The notes beneath the pieces were generated by a model. That model searched no databases. It was not told the origin of the DNA and worked only from the letters and a program-made list of their open reading frames with translations. Source: Octopus bimaculoides (Eukaryota). Taken from it: 42,500 nt of DNA. The DNA is taken from contig NC_068984.1 of NCBI RefSeq assembly GCF_001194135.2, positions 47,479,678 through 47,522,177 on the forward strand. The letters run 5' to 3'. Shown here piece by piece: positions 12,734 through 24,745 of this stretch. Numbering within the stretch: position 1 is the stretch's first letter; each line of letters opens with the position of its first letter. The position numbers and the translations under genes are program-made.

Positions 12734-12822
12734 TGAACGTCACGTGTTTGCAAATGCTTTAAGCGTTAGCGAGAAAATATCGTTTGCGGTCATCAATATA
12801 CATTTGTTTATAAAGTTCACAT
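12734..12822 (-). other. Candidate 89-nt non-coding exon
   Basis: Acceptor ttttttcttccag (AG at 12824-12823), donor CA|GTAAGT (GT at 12733-12732); stop codons in all three frames. Confidence 0.25.
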
Positions 12823-13488
12823 CTGGAAGAAAAAATGCTACGATGCAATAGCTATTTCAAAGGCAATCTTATATCTTGAATTAACTGTATGCAGCATCAC
12901 CTATGAAAGAACACATCAAAATAGTGACTGCCAAAACATTCTAAATTTTTATTCACGTATTTCTCCACAATATTCATCATACTTCGAAGCATAAGAGCAT
13001 ATCCAATGCTTTCGAATGTCATAATCTTCCCCTACGGTTATATATTGCATATAAATCAAACATGTCCGTTTTTCCTTCACATCAGCAACGATGAGTACAA
13101 AATTTTCTACTTTTCCTGTACAACTAGCCATACTTCATTAATTGCTCTTCTGTACGAAAATATGAAGGAGTTAAAGTAAAATGAATGAAGCTGGATGTAT
13201 CAACGCCTCAGCTGCTTCGAGAAACAGTACAAGTACATTAATTTTATTATACATTTTGCTCTTGTAATTTGTACATACACGTGCACATGCAAGCATGTTT
13301 AAATGTACAGATGAGGGGAAATATATACTTGACGTATATAGCCGAGTTTATACATTTATTTGAAGCTGTGGCTTCACTCCAACGCTATAACAAATTTCTC
13401 GTTTCCGCTATGTTTCTTCGTATCAAAGAAAGGGTATATTTTAAATCTGACAACATACTTCAGATCCTCGTGGTTTTCTTTTACCATA

Positions 13489-13845
13489 GGCCCAGGCATG
13501 GTTATGTGGTTAAGAACCTCTCTGTGCAACCACATACTTCTAGGTTCAGTCACACTGCACGGCAGCTTCAGCAAATATTTTCTACTAAAGTCCCAGGTCC
13601 ATGAATGTCTAGTATGGGAATTTGGTAGATGGAGGTTTATAGAAGCCCGTATATCTATCGCGCTTGTTCCACACCACTGACCGACAAACAGTGTCTATGT
13701 TCTTGTAACTTAGAGACTTCACAAAGAAAGGCAGACAGAATAAGTTCCAAATATAAGTAATGGAGGCAATTTGTTCGAGTAAACCCAACATTCAGTGCCC
13801 TAGCATGGCCGTTGTCCATTGATTGAAATAAGTACAAAGATAAAA
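13489..13845 (+). mobile_element. SINE family B (tRNA head, CORE-like centre), diverged
   Basis: ggcccaggcatggttatgtggttaag head, ggttcagtc B-box, ...tagcatggccgttgtccattgattgaaataagta tail; same layout as the 16.6-17.0 kb and 32.8-33.2 kb copies. Confidence 0.8.
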
Positions 13846-14097
13846 ACAAAAAAAACGTATTCATTTCAAAGCGAAGATGAAAAGTCGTTTGTCCCGTTGC
13901 CCTATCTCGGTCACCAACCGCAAGAATCTGTTTTCCATTAAATTCACTTAGGCTGCGTCATTTCGGTATCTACCGTACACATGTATCATATATATTTATA
14001 TATCGTTTCAATGTTGATGGTATTAATTAATTTTCAATTAAAAATTAAACAGCACCACCAGAATCGGTGTATATTAACTTCTGTAAAAATTCCTTAC

Positions 14098-14233
14098 CTT
14101 ACTGGGAATCACTTAACACATTTCTCGAAATAGGATATATGTGTATATATATATATATATATAGTATTACAATTTCTTGTTTTCTTGCAACTTACCTGAA
14201 AATATATTAAAAGAAATAAAAATCTCATTAGAA
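14098..14233 (-). other. Candidate recursive splice site with a downstream cryptic exon
   Basis: Minus strand reads ttctaat (branch-like, A at 14228), tttttatttcttttaatatatttt, then CAG|GTAAGT (AG 14197-14196, GT 14195-14194). A second donor AAG|GTAAGG lies 98 nt downstream (GT 14097-14096). Confidence 0.35.
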
Positions 14234-15174
14234 AATGTTTTTTGGCACAAGGTAAAAACATGAAAGAAAAAGAAGTACAGCATTAAATCAACCTAAATTC
14301 ATTACTGGTAATTAGGATAGAATGGCAAAATCAACCTTGGCAGTATTTAAACACAGTGCAAAGTGATGGAAGTAAACATTATTAGGCTTTCATTCAATAC
14401 ATTTTACATTCCACTAACATGCTGCTTTCAAAGGTCTAATGAAAATAAAACAATATTGCTGTTACTGAAATCGGCACATTGTATAACTGGTATTTATTCT
14501 ATCAACTCTGAAACAGATAGAAGGTAAACTGAAAGAAAGAAAGAAAGAAAAAAAAGAAAAGAAAGATTATGCAATTTGTAATTTAAAGAAACTAAGTTCG
14601 GTACTGAAATAGATTTATTTAGTCTGGTTTTCTATAATTTCTGCTAATTTCACAGAAATGTTATTTAATAAAAGAGTTCCTAGCAAACAGCATGCTAGAT
14701 ATAGCAGCCAATTCTCATTAAAGTCATACGATCTCATATTATAAGCAGAAAACACTCGACACACTATGCTTCAATGAAGAGAGGTCAGTCACGTCGGGAA
14801 TTACATTGAACAAAAACATGTGCGACTAGGTTTGACCTGGAGCTAAAAGTTATCACTTCACAGACATTGGTTCCGGCAGTATTTTTGGTCTATGAATAGT
14901 AATGTAAAGACTGCTGATATGTGAACAATATGAGCCATTACCACATTTTAAAACGCAACTTTTAAAATAATGATTTCTAATACTGACACAGGACCACAGA
15001 TACAAGGAAATTACATTCTTTTCACGTAAATATAACTTCTCGAGATAACAATATATANNNNNNNNNNNNNNNNNNNNNNNNNNNNNNNNNNNNNNNNNNN
15101 NNNNNNNNNNNNNNNNNNNNNATATATACATACATACAAGTATACATATATATTGTATAATAATCAACTTATCT

Positions 15175-16170
15175 AAGAAAACTCTCTCCACAACAAAAAT
15201 CCATATTTTAGTTAAAGGTTTAAAATTTTAAACCTTTAACTAAAATATTAATGAAATTAAAGATAATATTTCCCAATTCTGTAGAAAACTTCGATTGACA
15301 GAAGCACTAGCCAACTACAAAAACGATAACGAATCACAAGTGAAAAACAAAAGTAATTATCTACCACCCAAAGGAAGGACTAAAACACTAGACGACTTCT
15401 GCAACCGTATCCAGAATTTTCCCCACACTATCTATAAACCAAAAATTTACCTAACTTCAACAATCTACAATGGAAGCACCTACTGCAGCTAAAAAATGAC
15501 AAAGACCTGACAATCAAAGAAGCAGACAAAGGTAGTGATGTAATCATGATGGACACAGAATACTATAAAAACCTAGCATTGTTCATACTAGAAAATGACT
15601 CCTTTTATGAAAAAGTTGCAAATTATAGGCAGCAAAAACCATTAAAAGATCCTGCATCGTTAATACTGAAACATGGAAAAGGCCTTACAGAAAAAGAAAA
15701 ATACTATATCACAAACATTAAATGCAAATCAAGCCTTTTCTATGGCCTCCCCAAAATTCACAAGAATCAATTAATTACTAATGCCTGCAAATCAAATCCA
15801 GGTCTATACATAAATATCCCAACAGCAGAAGACTTGAAATTAAGGCCTATTATAGCGGGCCCCTGTGGAACACACCGCCTAAACAAGTTTCTGGACATAC
15901 TATTGAAACCTTTCCTGAGATTCATTAAAAGCTTCATTAGAGACGATTTGGGCATGCTAGAAAAATCTACCGAAAATCACCAGCGAAGAAGTTCAATTAG
16001 TCTTCTTCGATGTCATCAACCTCTACACTAACATTCCGTATGACTACGGAATAGAGGCAATAAAATTCTGGTTAGAAACATACCCCGAAGTTCTCCCGGA
16101 CTGCTTAAACCACACTTTTGTCATTGAACCCCTGAAGTTCATCCTACAAAACAATTACTTCCTATTCGGT
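15175..16170 (+). mobile_element. Penelope-like element (PLE) ORF fragment: pre-RT region and N-terminal RT, frameshifted and truncated
   Basis: IKEADKGS, FYGLPKIHK and LRPIIAGP; after a frameshift, LVFFDVINLYTNIP and LKFILQNNYFLF. These are characteristic PLE RT motifs. The catalytic YxDD and the GIY-YIG region are absent. Confidence 0.92.
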
Positions 16171-16600
16171 GCACCTTCTAAGTTATCACTTCCATAACAT
16201 ATGACGGCTGATATCAGGATCTCTATCACATAAATACCACAAGCAGAACTCATCAGCACATACGGAAAATGTCTATGTATCTATCTATCTATCTATCTAT
16301 CTATCTAATTAGTTAGACAGATAGATAGAGTGTATTTGTATATGAGCTTCAATGCACAAATGGGGAGAGTGAGAAGGGGGGTGAGAAAGTGGAGGGGGAG
16401 AGAGAAAGCGATAACAATGAATGTAGTAGAATTTAATCACTCATTTAAATCTAAATAATACGACTGCTGCTCCAACCATCTCACTTCTTTTTCATGCATT
16501 AATTAAGTCGAGAAAATAATGCTGACCACCTAAACGAACGCACGAAAGCAACGACTCCGAGGAGCGACGGACGTCATCGTAAGCTTTGTACAAATATATA

Positions 16601-16999
16601 TACTCTTTTATTTGTTTCAGTCATTTGACTGCGGCCATGCCTTTTAGTTGAGCAAATCGACCCCAGGACTTATTCTTTGTAAGCCTAGTACTTATTCTAT
16701 CGGTCCCTTTTGGCGAACCGCTAAGTTACGGGGACGTAAACACACCAGCAACGATTGTCAAGCGATGTTGGGGGGAACAAAGACAGATACACAAGCATAT
16801 ACACACACATACATATATATATAAATACATATATACGACGGGCTTCTTTCAGTTTCCGTCGACCAAATCCACTCACAAAGTTTTGTTCGGGCCGAGGCTA
16901 TAGTAGAAGACACTTGGCCAAGATGCCACGCAGTGAGACTGAACCCGGAAACCATGTGGTTGGTATGCAAGCTACTTACCACACAGTCACTCCTGTGCC
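16601..16999 (-). mobile_element. SINE family B, well-preserved near-full-length copy
   Basis: Reverse complement gives ggcacaggagtgactgtgtggtaag head, gggttcagtc B-box, cttggccaagtgtcttctactatagcctcgg CORE-like block, an internal TA/TG tract and the gcatggccgcagtcaaatgactgaaacaaataaaagag tail; TA-rich flanks. Confidence 0.92.
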
Positions 17000-17377
17000 T
17001 ATATATATATATATATATATATATNNNNNNNNNNNNNNNNNNNNNNNNNNNNNNNNNNNNNNNNNNNNNNNNNNNNNNNNNNNNNNNNNNNNNNNNNNNN
17101 NNNNNNNNNNNNNNNNNNNNNNNNNNNNNNNNNNNNNNNNNNNNNNNNNNNNNNNNNNNNNNNNNNNNNNNNNNNNNNNNNNNNNNNNNNNNNNNNNNNN
17201 NNNNNNNNNNNNNNNNNNNNNNNNNNNNNNNNNNNNNNNNNNNNNNNNNNNNNNNNNNNNNNNNNNNNNNNNNNNNNNNNNNNNNNNNNNNNNNNNNNNN
17301 NNNNNNNNNNNNNNNNNNNNNNNNNNNNNNNNNNNNNNNNNNNNNNNNNNNNNNNNNNNNNNNNNNNNNNNNNNNNN

Positions 17378-17413
<36 letters not shown>

Positions 17414-17755
17414 TATACACTCACACGCGCATTACCGTATTCATTGTGGGTTTTACAAAGACGAATGAAGAAATAAATAAATACATAAAACCTTTCTACT
17501 TTACACTGAAACACAGTAGTGCTACGGCTCTGCTGATACTTTCGTACATTCTTGTCTGCGCTTAACTGATTCAAAGGCACAACGCTCGCATAACAAAAAC
17601 AATGAGAAAGAATGGAAGAAAGAAATAAAGAAGGCAGCTAACTTCCCACCATATTTCAGTTCTTACACTTCAGTCGTTTGTTCCTCATCGGTGATTCCGA
17701 CGAATACATCTACCATACTTGAATGAAAGAAAACAACAGCAACGAAGCTTCTTAC

Positions 17756-17857
17756 TTATCGTGGATATTCCTTGACTCGTGAGAGCCTAAAGGGATATTT
17801 GATCTTTTCTACATCCATTTGGTGAACGCTTTCTCTTCTTCCAAGATCATCTAAGGT
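17756..17857 (-). CDS. Candidate terminal coding exon, TLDDLGRRESVHQMDVEKIKYPFRLSRVKEYPR*
   Basis: tattcacag| acceptor; only frame 0 is open; TAA is immediately followed by GTAAGA. Weak polypyrimidine tract; no homology recognised. Confidence 0.2.
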   Translation of the reverse strand, partial: TLDDLGRRESVHQMDVEKIKYPFRLSRVKEYPR

Positions 17858-19149
17858 CTGTGAATATTTATGTGTGTGAGTGTGTGTGTGTATGCATATG
17901 CATGAACATACTTATGTGTAGTCACGCATACATACGTGTATGCATGAATGCAGATACAAACACACACGTGTACATATACCTAAAGCCAATCTTAAGTGAG
18001 AAGTCAGATACCGAAATTACCGTGAGCATTTAAAAAAAAAAAAACATTCTATATGCAGAGTTCAAATCCAGCTGGACTTGACTTTACTTTTCATCTGCTT
18101 GAAGAACGTTGAATAAATACAAGCAAGTAATGTACAAGGGAATACTTGCAATTACTCAAAATATTTTAGTCTTGCATATGGAAGAAAAAAAAAAAATTGA
18201 CCAATTTCACCAACACGTACACGAACACAAACGTGCGCACTCATAAAAATACATAGATATTCACAAAGATTTGTTTCGATGAAGGTCCATTAACCTAATG
18301 CATGTCTGATCAAATGATTAACCGAATGATTATTATAATGAATGAAATTTCATATTTATTGTTACTAATGTAGGCAGAGCATAGCATGACAAAGACGGCA
18401 AAGCAACAGTCAAAATAAGCTGTGGTGTTTACTTATAATTCCACTTCCAATTCAAACTCGTATTTAATTTTCTTCATATCTATTCTACTACATCTATCCA
18501 GACAAATACGGCAACTGTGTTATGTTTAGATACCAATAACATCGCTGTAGTGACTTTAAAGATTAATAATACATATTGATTTTGATATAACTCAAAGTTA
18601 CCGTCGATAAAGGATTCTTTTGATCGAAGGCATTGCATACGTGATAATTCCATCTAATGGGGTATTTTCTTTTCCAAATAGGTCGTGACTGAAGAGAAAC
18701 TTTCTCGATCGAGTGACCAGAGTAGATGCTTCCCAGCACCACAACATAGGCGGATGAAGCACAGAAGCCGCTGTTCCTGGACATTTATTGAAAAATGCAA
18801 AGAGCATGTCTACTAAATATTAGATGTCCACATTATAACAACTAAAAAATAATTTGAATATATAATTTCAGATTTAAATAAATTTTAATGATTATANNNN
18901 NNNNNNNNNNNNNNNNNNNNNNNNNNNNNNNNNNNNNNNNNNNNNNNNNNNNNNNNNNNNNNNNNNNNNNNNNNNNNNNNNNNNNNNNNNNNNNNNTGTA
19001 TGTATGTATATGTATGTATATGTATACATATATTATCTAGCTAACAAATAACAAATCATGTGGTTGTTTATTTTTTACCTAAGACGTTGCTCCAGCATGT
19101 CCTCAATCACATGACTAAAAGAAGTCAACCATAAAAATCTATGCCATTT

Positions 19150-19182
19150 TAACTCCGAGCATGACCGGGTATCTCTGCTAGT
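19150..19182 (+). mobile_element. Possible Helitron-type 3' terminus
   Basis: ccgagcatgaccgggtatctctgCTAGT: imperfect GC hairpin followed by CTAG|T; no matching 5' end found. Confidence 0.2.
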
Positions 19183-19565
19183 CATAAATAGCTTTTACAA
19201 CATTAGAATACTGTGAAATTCCCTCCAAAGCCATTCCTGTAACGACCATCTGTACTTGACTGGACATATTTCACTTGATTTTGTTCCTAATTATCATTGA
19301 AAAAATAAAAATTACAGTATGAATACCAACGGTTTCCCTTTCCCAAACTGGAACATACGATAGTGACTTGAATTGATGTCGTACCACTTTCTAGCGGGGA
19401 TAACATTTTGTTCAACATCACAATCGTATGCATGCTTTAATTTAACACTATATATTGCACCTGTCACATATTCTTGCTTTCATACATATCGTCAGACTAA
19501 ATCAATTAGATGATAAATTTCATTCATTCAACATCTTTACTCCCAGAAGTAAAAGAAAAACATAC

Positions 19566-19614
19566 CTTATCAATGCCACTATTTCCGCTAGCACTGGTCG
19601 CGCTGTCTTGATAA
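19566..19614 (-). CDS. Candidate 49-nt coding exon, YQDSATSASGNSGIDK
   Basis: gcgttatttcacacag| acceptor and AAG|GTATGT donor; more GC-rich than its flanks; open frame with phase 2 in and phase 0 out. Confidence 0.22.
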
Positions 19615-21404
19615 CTGTGTGAAATAACGCATAGCTAGCTGTCTCACATGGGATATATGAGGCATGTAAAAGAATTTTGATATCTGACAGTATTGTGTTG
19701 TTCGATTTCGATTGTCGACTCGAAATAAAGGATTTTAATCATTCTCAGCGTTGTACGCTTTCCCTTGAATTCAACGACGTTATATTTTCTATCGTTGCCT
19801 ATAAAACATTATACTTTATACGCAGCTCATATTTTGACGCAACTTTTCAATCTCACGTTTTTACAAATCTCTTCAAAACGATGGTGTTTTCTTTCTCTAG
19901 TGGAATCCTCACAAATGTCTTACTATCACCCACAAGCCCCACAGCTAAAAGCTAATAGAAACAATCGTAATAGCACCACCTCCATCCCTTTATGTTCCTT
20001 ATGTCCAGCTTTCTTGTAATATGTTCGTGGAATAACCTACTTTGCAATCATTTATTACTACTTAGATTCCTGTGTAGATTATACTAATTTCCACGTCTCA
20101 TAAATCCCCCAAATGTGGTCACTTTACGCAGTGTGTGTGCTGTTTTAGTGGATAGATCCTTTGCAAACGGTTTTATTTTGAAACCTGATAATTTAAATGT
20201 ATTCAATAGTTCACCAATTATAATATTATCGACACTCTATCAAAAACTACATCTGTCTTGATCTCGAACATCTTTCTGCTACGCCGCTCCAGATCCCTAC
20301 AAACGATAAGACTCACAGTCACTGTTAATCTCTCATGGTGGTATCCCTTCAAATAACTTAGTTTGTTCGTCAAGGCCCTCAAATTCTTTATTCTCGATCA
20401 CTTGCTGACTATCCACTACACAGAAGTTCTGCTTGTAACGTAGACGTGAAGCAGACAGCATTAAAATGGACTAATTACAAAGGAGCAATAACAAATCTGC
20501 TGACTCACACAGTTTCTATGTTTCCATTCCCTGCATGTGAGAATGTCAGATTGCGTCCCATTAAAGTGCCCTAAATGATTCAGAAAATGTTCTCGGTTTA
20601 TATTATTATATCCAGATATTTAAAACAGGAAAATTTTGTTTTCGTTTGGAAATCGGAAGAGCATATATATTTCAATTGCTTGTGCTGTAAATACACTTAG
20701 ACTATTGGCAGAGATGTGGCAGTTTATTCATCATAAGAAGACATACCATCACACATTGTAACTTATGTATGTGCATGCTGTAGCTTAGCCTCAGATAAAC
20801 CCTTATAATGCAGACTTTAATCACACAATTGTTATCTTCAGATATACTGTAACTAAGAATATACTGCCCTTTATTTCTTAAAACATTTCTTAGAATAGTG
20901 GTGGATTGTTTGAGTGAAAATGAAAAAATTGAGAAGGTCGACCTGTCGCGTAGAAATTTCTCAATTGTATACACGTTTTATTAGCCGTTCTAGCTACTTA
21001 AGTTACCAAATACGAAAGACTAGTCAGAGGAGAGAAGTCCGTGTCTCTCCGTACTGTAACTCATAAAACTAAATGACACTCTGGAGTCAAACGTAAAAAA
21101 GATAGCACTCGCTTATTTCGCAAAGTTAATGATCCTGATGATATTTGGTTTAGTACTACGTGTTTATCCTCTTACAACTACATGGACTAAGATGTTTTCA
21201 GTCATGATGGAGGACTAAAGATACACACACACACACACACACACACACACGTAACACATTTAAACCCTGGTAGTCAGAAAAACCACTCGACGTGCTGCAC
21301 TTCACATTTAAAGGCAAATGCCCGTTCACGGGCTCGCACGTAGTGTGCACTCACTTTCTCTCTCACTCACTCACTCACACACATACATACACACACTTCT
21401 CCCA

Positions 21405-21645
21405 TTCAACTGCGGCCATGCTGGTGCACCACCTTAATGGGTTTCATTGAAAAAGTTCACCCTGGAATTTATTAATCTATCGATCTTTTTCACCAAACAA
21501 GTTACGGGAGCGTAAACAAATCAACACCGGTTCTCAAGCGGTAGTTGGGAAGAGACACATATGACGGGCTTCTTCACAGTTTTCGTCTATCTAATTCACC
21601 CACTAGGCATCGGTCGGCCCAGGGATATAGCAGAAGGCACTCGAC
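21405..21645 (-). mobile_element. SINE family B, 5'-truncated and diverged
   Basis: ctgcggccatgctgg, gttacgggagcgtaaac and gacgggcttcttcacagttttcgtc blocks shared with the 16.6 kb copy. Confidence 0.8.
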
Positions 21646-22059
21646 TTATAAATATGTGTGTGTGTGTGTATATGTGTAATTCTTTTTCTGAATGGTCAAA
21701 TTCGATTCATTTAAAACTATAGATAATAGCGTGTAAATATTGAGTAAAAGACTTTTGGATATAAAAAGTTGAATGCTGCACGCGAGGCATGTGTACTCGT
21801 ACGCACACAGACGTAGGCACGCACATACATACATATACTGCCACTGTATATATATATATATNNNNNNNNNNNNNNNNNNNNNNNNNNNNNNNNNNNNNNN
21901 NNNNNNNNNNNNNNNNNNNNNNNNNNNNNNNNNNNNNNNNNNNNNNNNNNNNNNNNNNNNNNNNNNNNNNNNNNNNNNNNNNNNNNNNNNNNNNNNNNNN
22001 NNNNNNNNNNNNNNNNNNNNNNNNNNNNNNNNNNNNNNNNNNNNNNNNNNNNNNNNNNN

Positions 22060-22090
<31 letters not shown>

Positions 22091-22120
22091 TGCGTATATA
22101 TGTGTATATATGTAGACATT

Positions 22121-22457
22121 GGCGATGGCGATGGCTGTGTTGTAAGGAGTTTACTTCGCAACTACATTGCCCCGGGTTCATTCTCACTGCACGGCACCCT
22201 CGGCAAGTGACTTTTACTATTGCCTCGAGCCGATTGAAAGTGATAGACGGAAACTGAAAGAAGCTTCTCACCACGACCCCGCTTCGCAAACGCTGTTTGT
22301 GTATGTCCCCTTAACATAGCGGTTCGGGTAAAGTTACCGATAGAATGCCCACTAGGCTTAAAAGTACTGGAGACGATTCGTTCGACTAAAAAATACTTCA
22401 AGATGATGTTCCAGCATCGACGCAGTCCAATCACTGAAGGAAGTAAAAGTGATAAAG
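22121..22457 (+). mobile_element. SINE family B, diverged
   Basis: atggctgtgttgtaagg head, gcacggcaccctcggcaagtgac CORE-like block, gacggaaactgaaagaagc, ccgatagaat...ctaggctta. Confidence 0.8.
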
Positions 22458-24536
22458 ATGTGCACGTCAGCTCCTATCTTTTTGCATGTTTATTTGTAAT
22501 TTGTATTATGTAGATAAATTGCCACACGCAACTATACTCACATATTCACTGTTTCCCTTACTTTCTCTCTTTCTTCCCCCCCCCACTCTCTCTCTCGCTC
22601 TCTTTCTCTTCTCTCTTCCCTTTTCTCTTCCCCTCCCTTTCTCAGTATCTCTTAATGTACGCCATCGACGTACATAATTGCATCCTTAAATAGAATGCAT
22701 CGTTCAAAATACTCCAATGATTGCCGCTCTGAAAGAAACGAGTTTGTACAGTAGAATTGCAGCAAATATCAGTTTGTTTGTGAAACTTAACCAACCAATT
22801 AATTAATTCTGTAATTTAGATGAGAAAACAATTACCTCCAAAATTAGACGAATTTTAATTGGAATGTTGACAGCAGATGCAAAAGATTAAGGAACTGTTG
22901 TGGAATAAGCTCGAATTACAATGTGTGATTTCAGGATCATTTGGATAGGGTCGGTGTGCATGCTCGTTCATTTCTCGAAGTGTTAACCAATGATGTTCAG
23001 TTGTTTGTTTTGTGCATTTGTACGATTTTATGGTGTGCGTGCGTGCTTGTGTAGTTGTTAAGTAGTCTTAGTATATATTTGTGTGTCTTTGTTAGTGTGC
23101 GATCGTAACTGCTTCCTCTTATATGTGTGTTTATGAATTGAACAATGATAATGTGGGCATATTTGTTTCTGTGTATGCATATATGTGTGTGTTTGCTCAC
23201 GTTCAATGATTATTTGTTTGTACTAATGCGTGGTCCTGTGTGAACGCACATTTTCTATACGTTGGTTCATGCTATTGCGTATGTGTTGGTGCTCGCTTAT
23301 ATATTCGTACATTTGTATATGAGTGTGTCCATACAGGTATTTATATGAGTTTGCGTATTCAGATATTTTAGTGCTTCAGTACACGTATATACTTGCATCT
23401 ACTTTCGCTTTGTGTATGTGTATGTATGCCAATATGCGCGCGCATCTATGCTCGCACTCTTTTGTTTGTGTTCGCATATGTTGGCGCATATTGCAGAGCA
23501 GTGGGTGTTTGTGCTTCGCTTCCTAATAATATATTACAACCGTTGTAGCAGAGACTCACTTTCTCCTCAGTCTCTTATAACTCCACCCTGTCTTCTGAAA
23601 TAGCCTGTTGTATACCATCACTATACAATCACTATGCAGAACCATATGGAATGGCAATTTTTCGTTCTCTCCCTTCCAGACAAATGCTACCTGCCTGAAT
23701 GGTATGCAGTAAACACACAGACGTGTTCCAGCCACTGTCACACAAGCCTGCTGTCTATTGTGCCTGGCTTTTCTACGGCTATTATAATGATTTCAGCTAT
23801 TTGGTTATGGTTTGCTCAAGTATTTCTATCGTATTCATCACTTCTCTCATCATCGACTTTGGCGTCCACCCCGTCCCCATAATCACTACATTCAGTCCCT
23901 CTTCCCACAATAATTTTCGTATGTTGTTAACTTAAAAAAGATCTAGTGCAATATTAGTGTCGTCAGCCTGTTCAAGAGAACATGTACCATCAACCATGGC
24001 TGTCCCTGCTACCAATATCACTGTACGAAATCTGCTGTTCAGTATGTTGTGTCTATTGACTGATAGTTACTTGAACACATTAACCTTGGCTAATATGGCC
24101 AGTGTGAGAAATTATTTTTTGACTGACGTTCATTTACAATAGCAACACTGTTCTGAGTATTGTTGGTTACCGAGAACTGACCCATCAGTTTTTTGTTCTG
24201 CAATTCTAACTCAACAATAAGTGACTCCTGGAAATTTTTACCTATTTTTGTAAACGTGTATTATAAAGACATAAAAGGATTACAGGCAAATATTTTTCCG
24301 CTTCACATTCACCCTGTGACTTACTCGTGTTCCTGTTATCTCCGTCTGCGCATGACATTAACTAAGTCTTGTGTTTGACTTTAAAATGCATCCGGTTGTG
24401 GGATTCTGTTTGCGAGTTGCCTGGTTTTCAGGGGTGTGAAATCACCTCTTAGATATTATTGTCCTCAGATTTGCTCTGAGCCGGAGTAATAGCATCTACC
24501 AAATAGAGTAGCTTCTTCTTCTTCTTCCTCAGCATG

Positions 24537-24745
24537 GCGGAGCGCTGGCAGAATCGATGTCAATCCAGGTAAAATGTTTGACACCAATTCGTCCGTCTTT
24601 ACGTTCAAATTACGTAAAGGTTGGCTTGTCCTCTTATAATTTCGTAGTCGACAAAATAAGTATGAGTGAAGCACTGGGGCGATATAATCGACTAACACCA
24701 CCCATTCCCAAAATTTCAAGCCTTGTGCCTATACTAGAAAAGATT
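24537..24745 (+). mobile_element. SINE family A with (ATT)n tail
   Basis: gctggcagaatcg head; gcactggggcgatataatcgactaa; caaaatttcaagccttgtgcctatactagaaa; followed by (TAT)n. Confidence 0.8.

Noticed and set aside
20316-20471. Minus-strand segment with an acceptor, a GTGAGT donor and a 42-aa ORF
   Set aside because: No frame stays open from acceptor to donor, and no other evidence.
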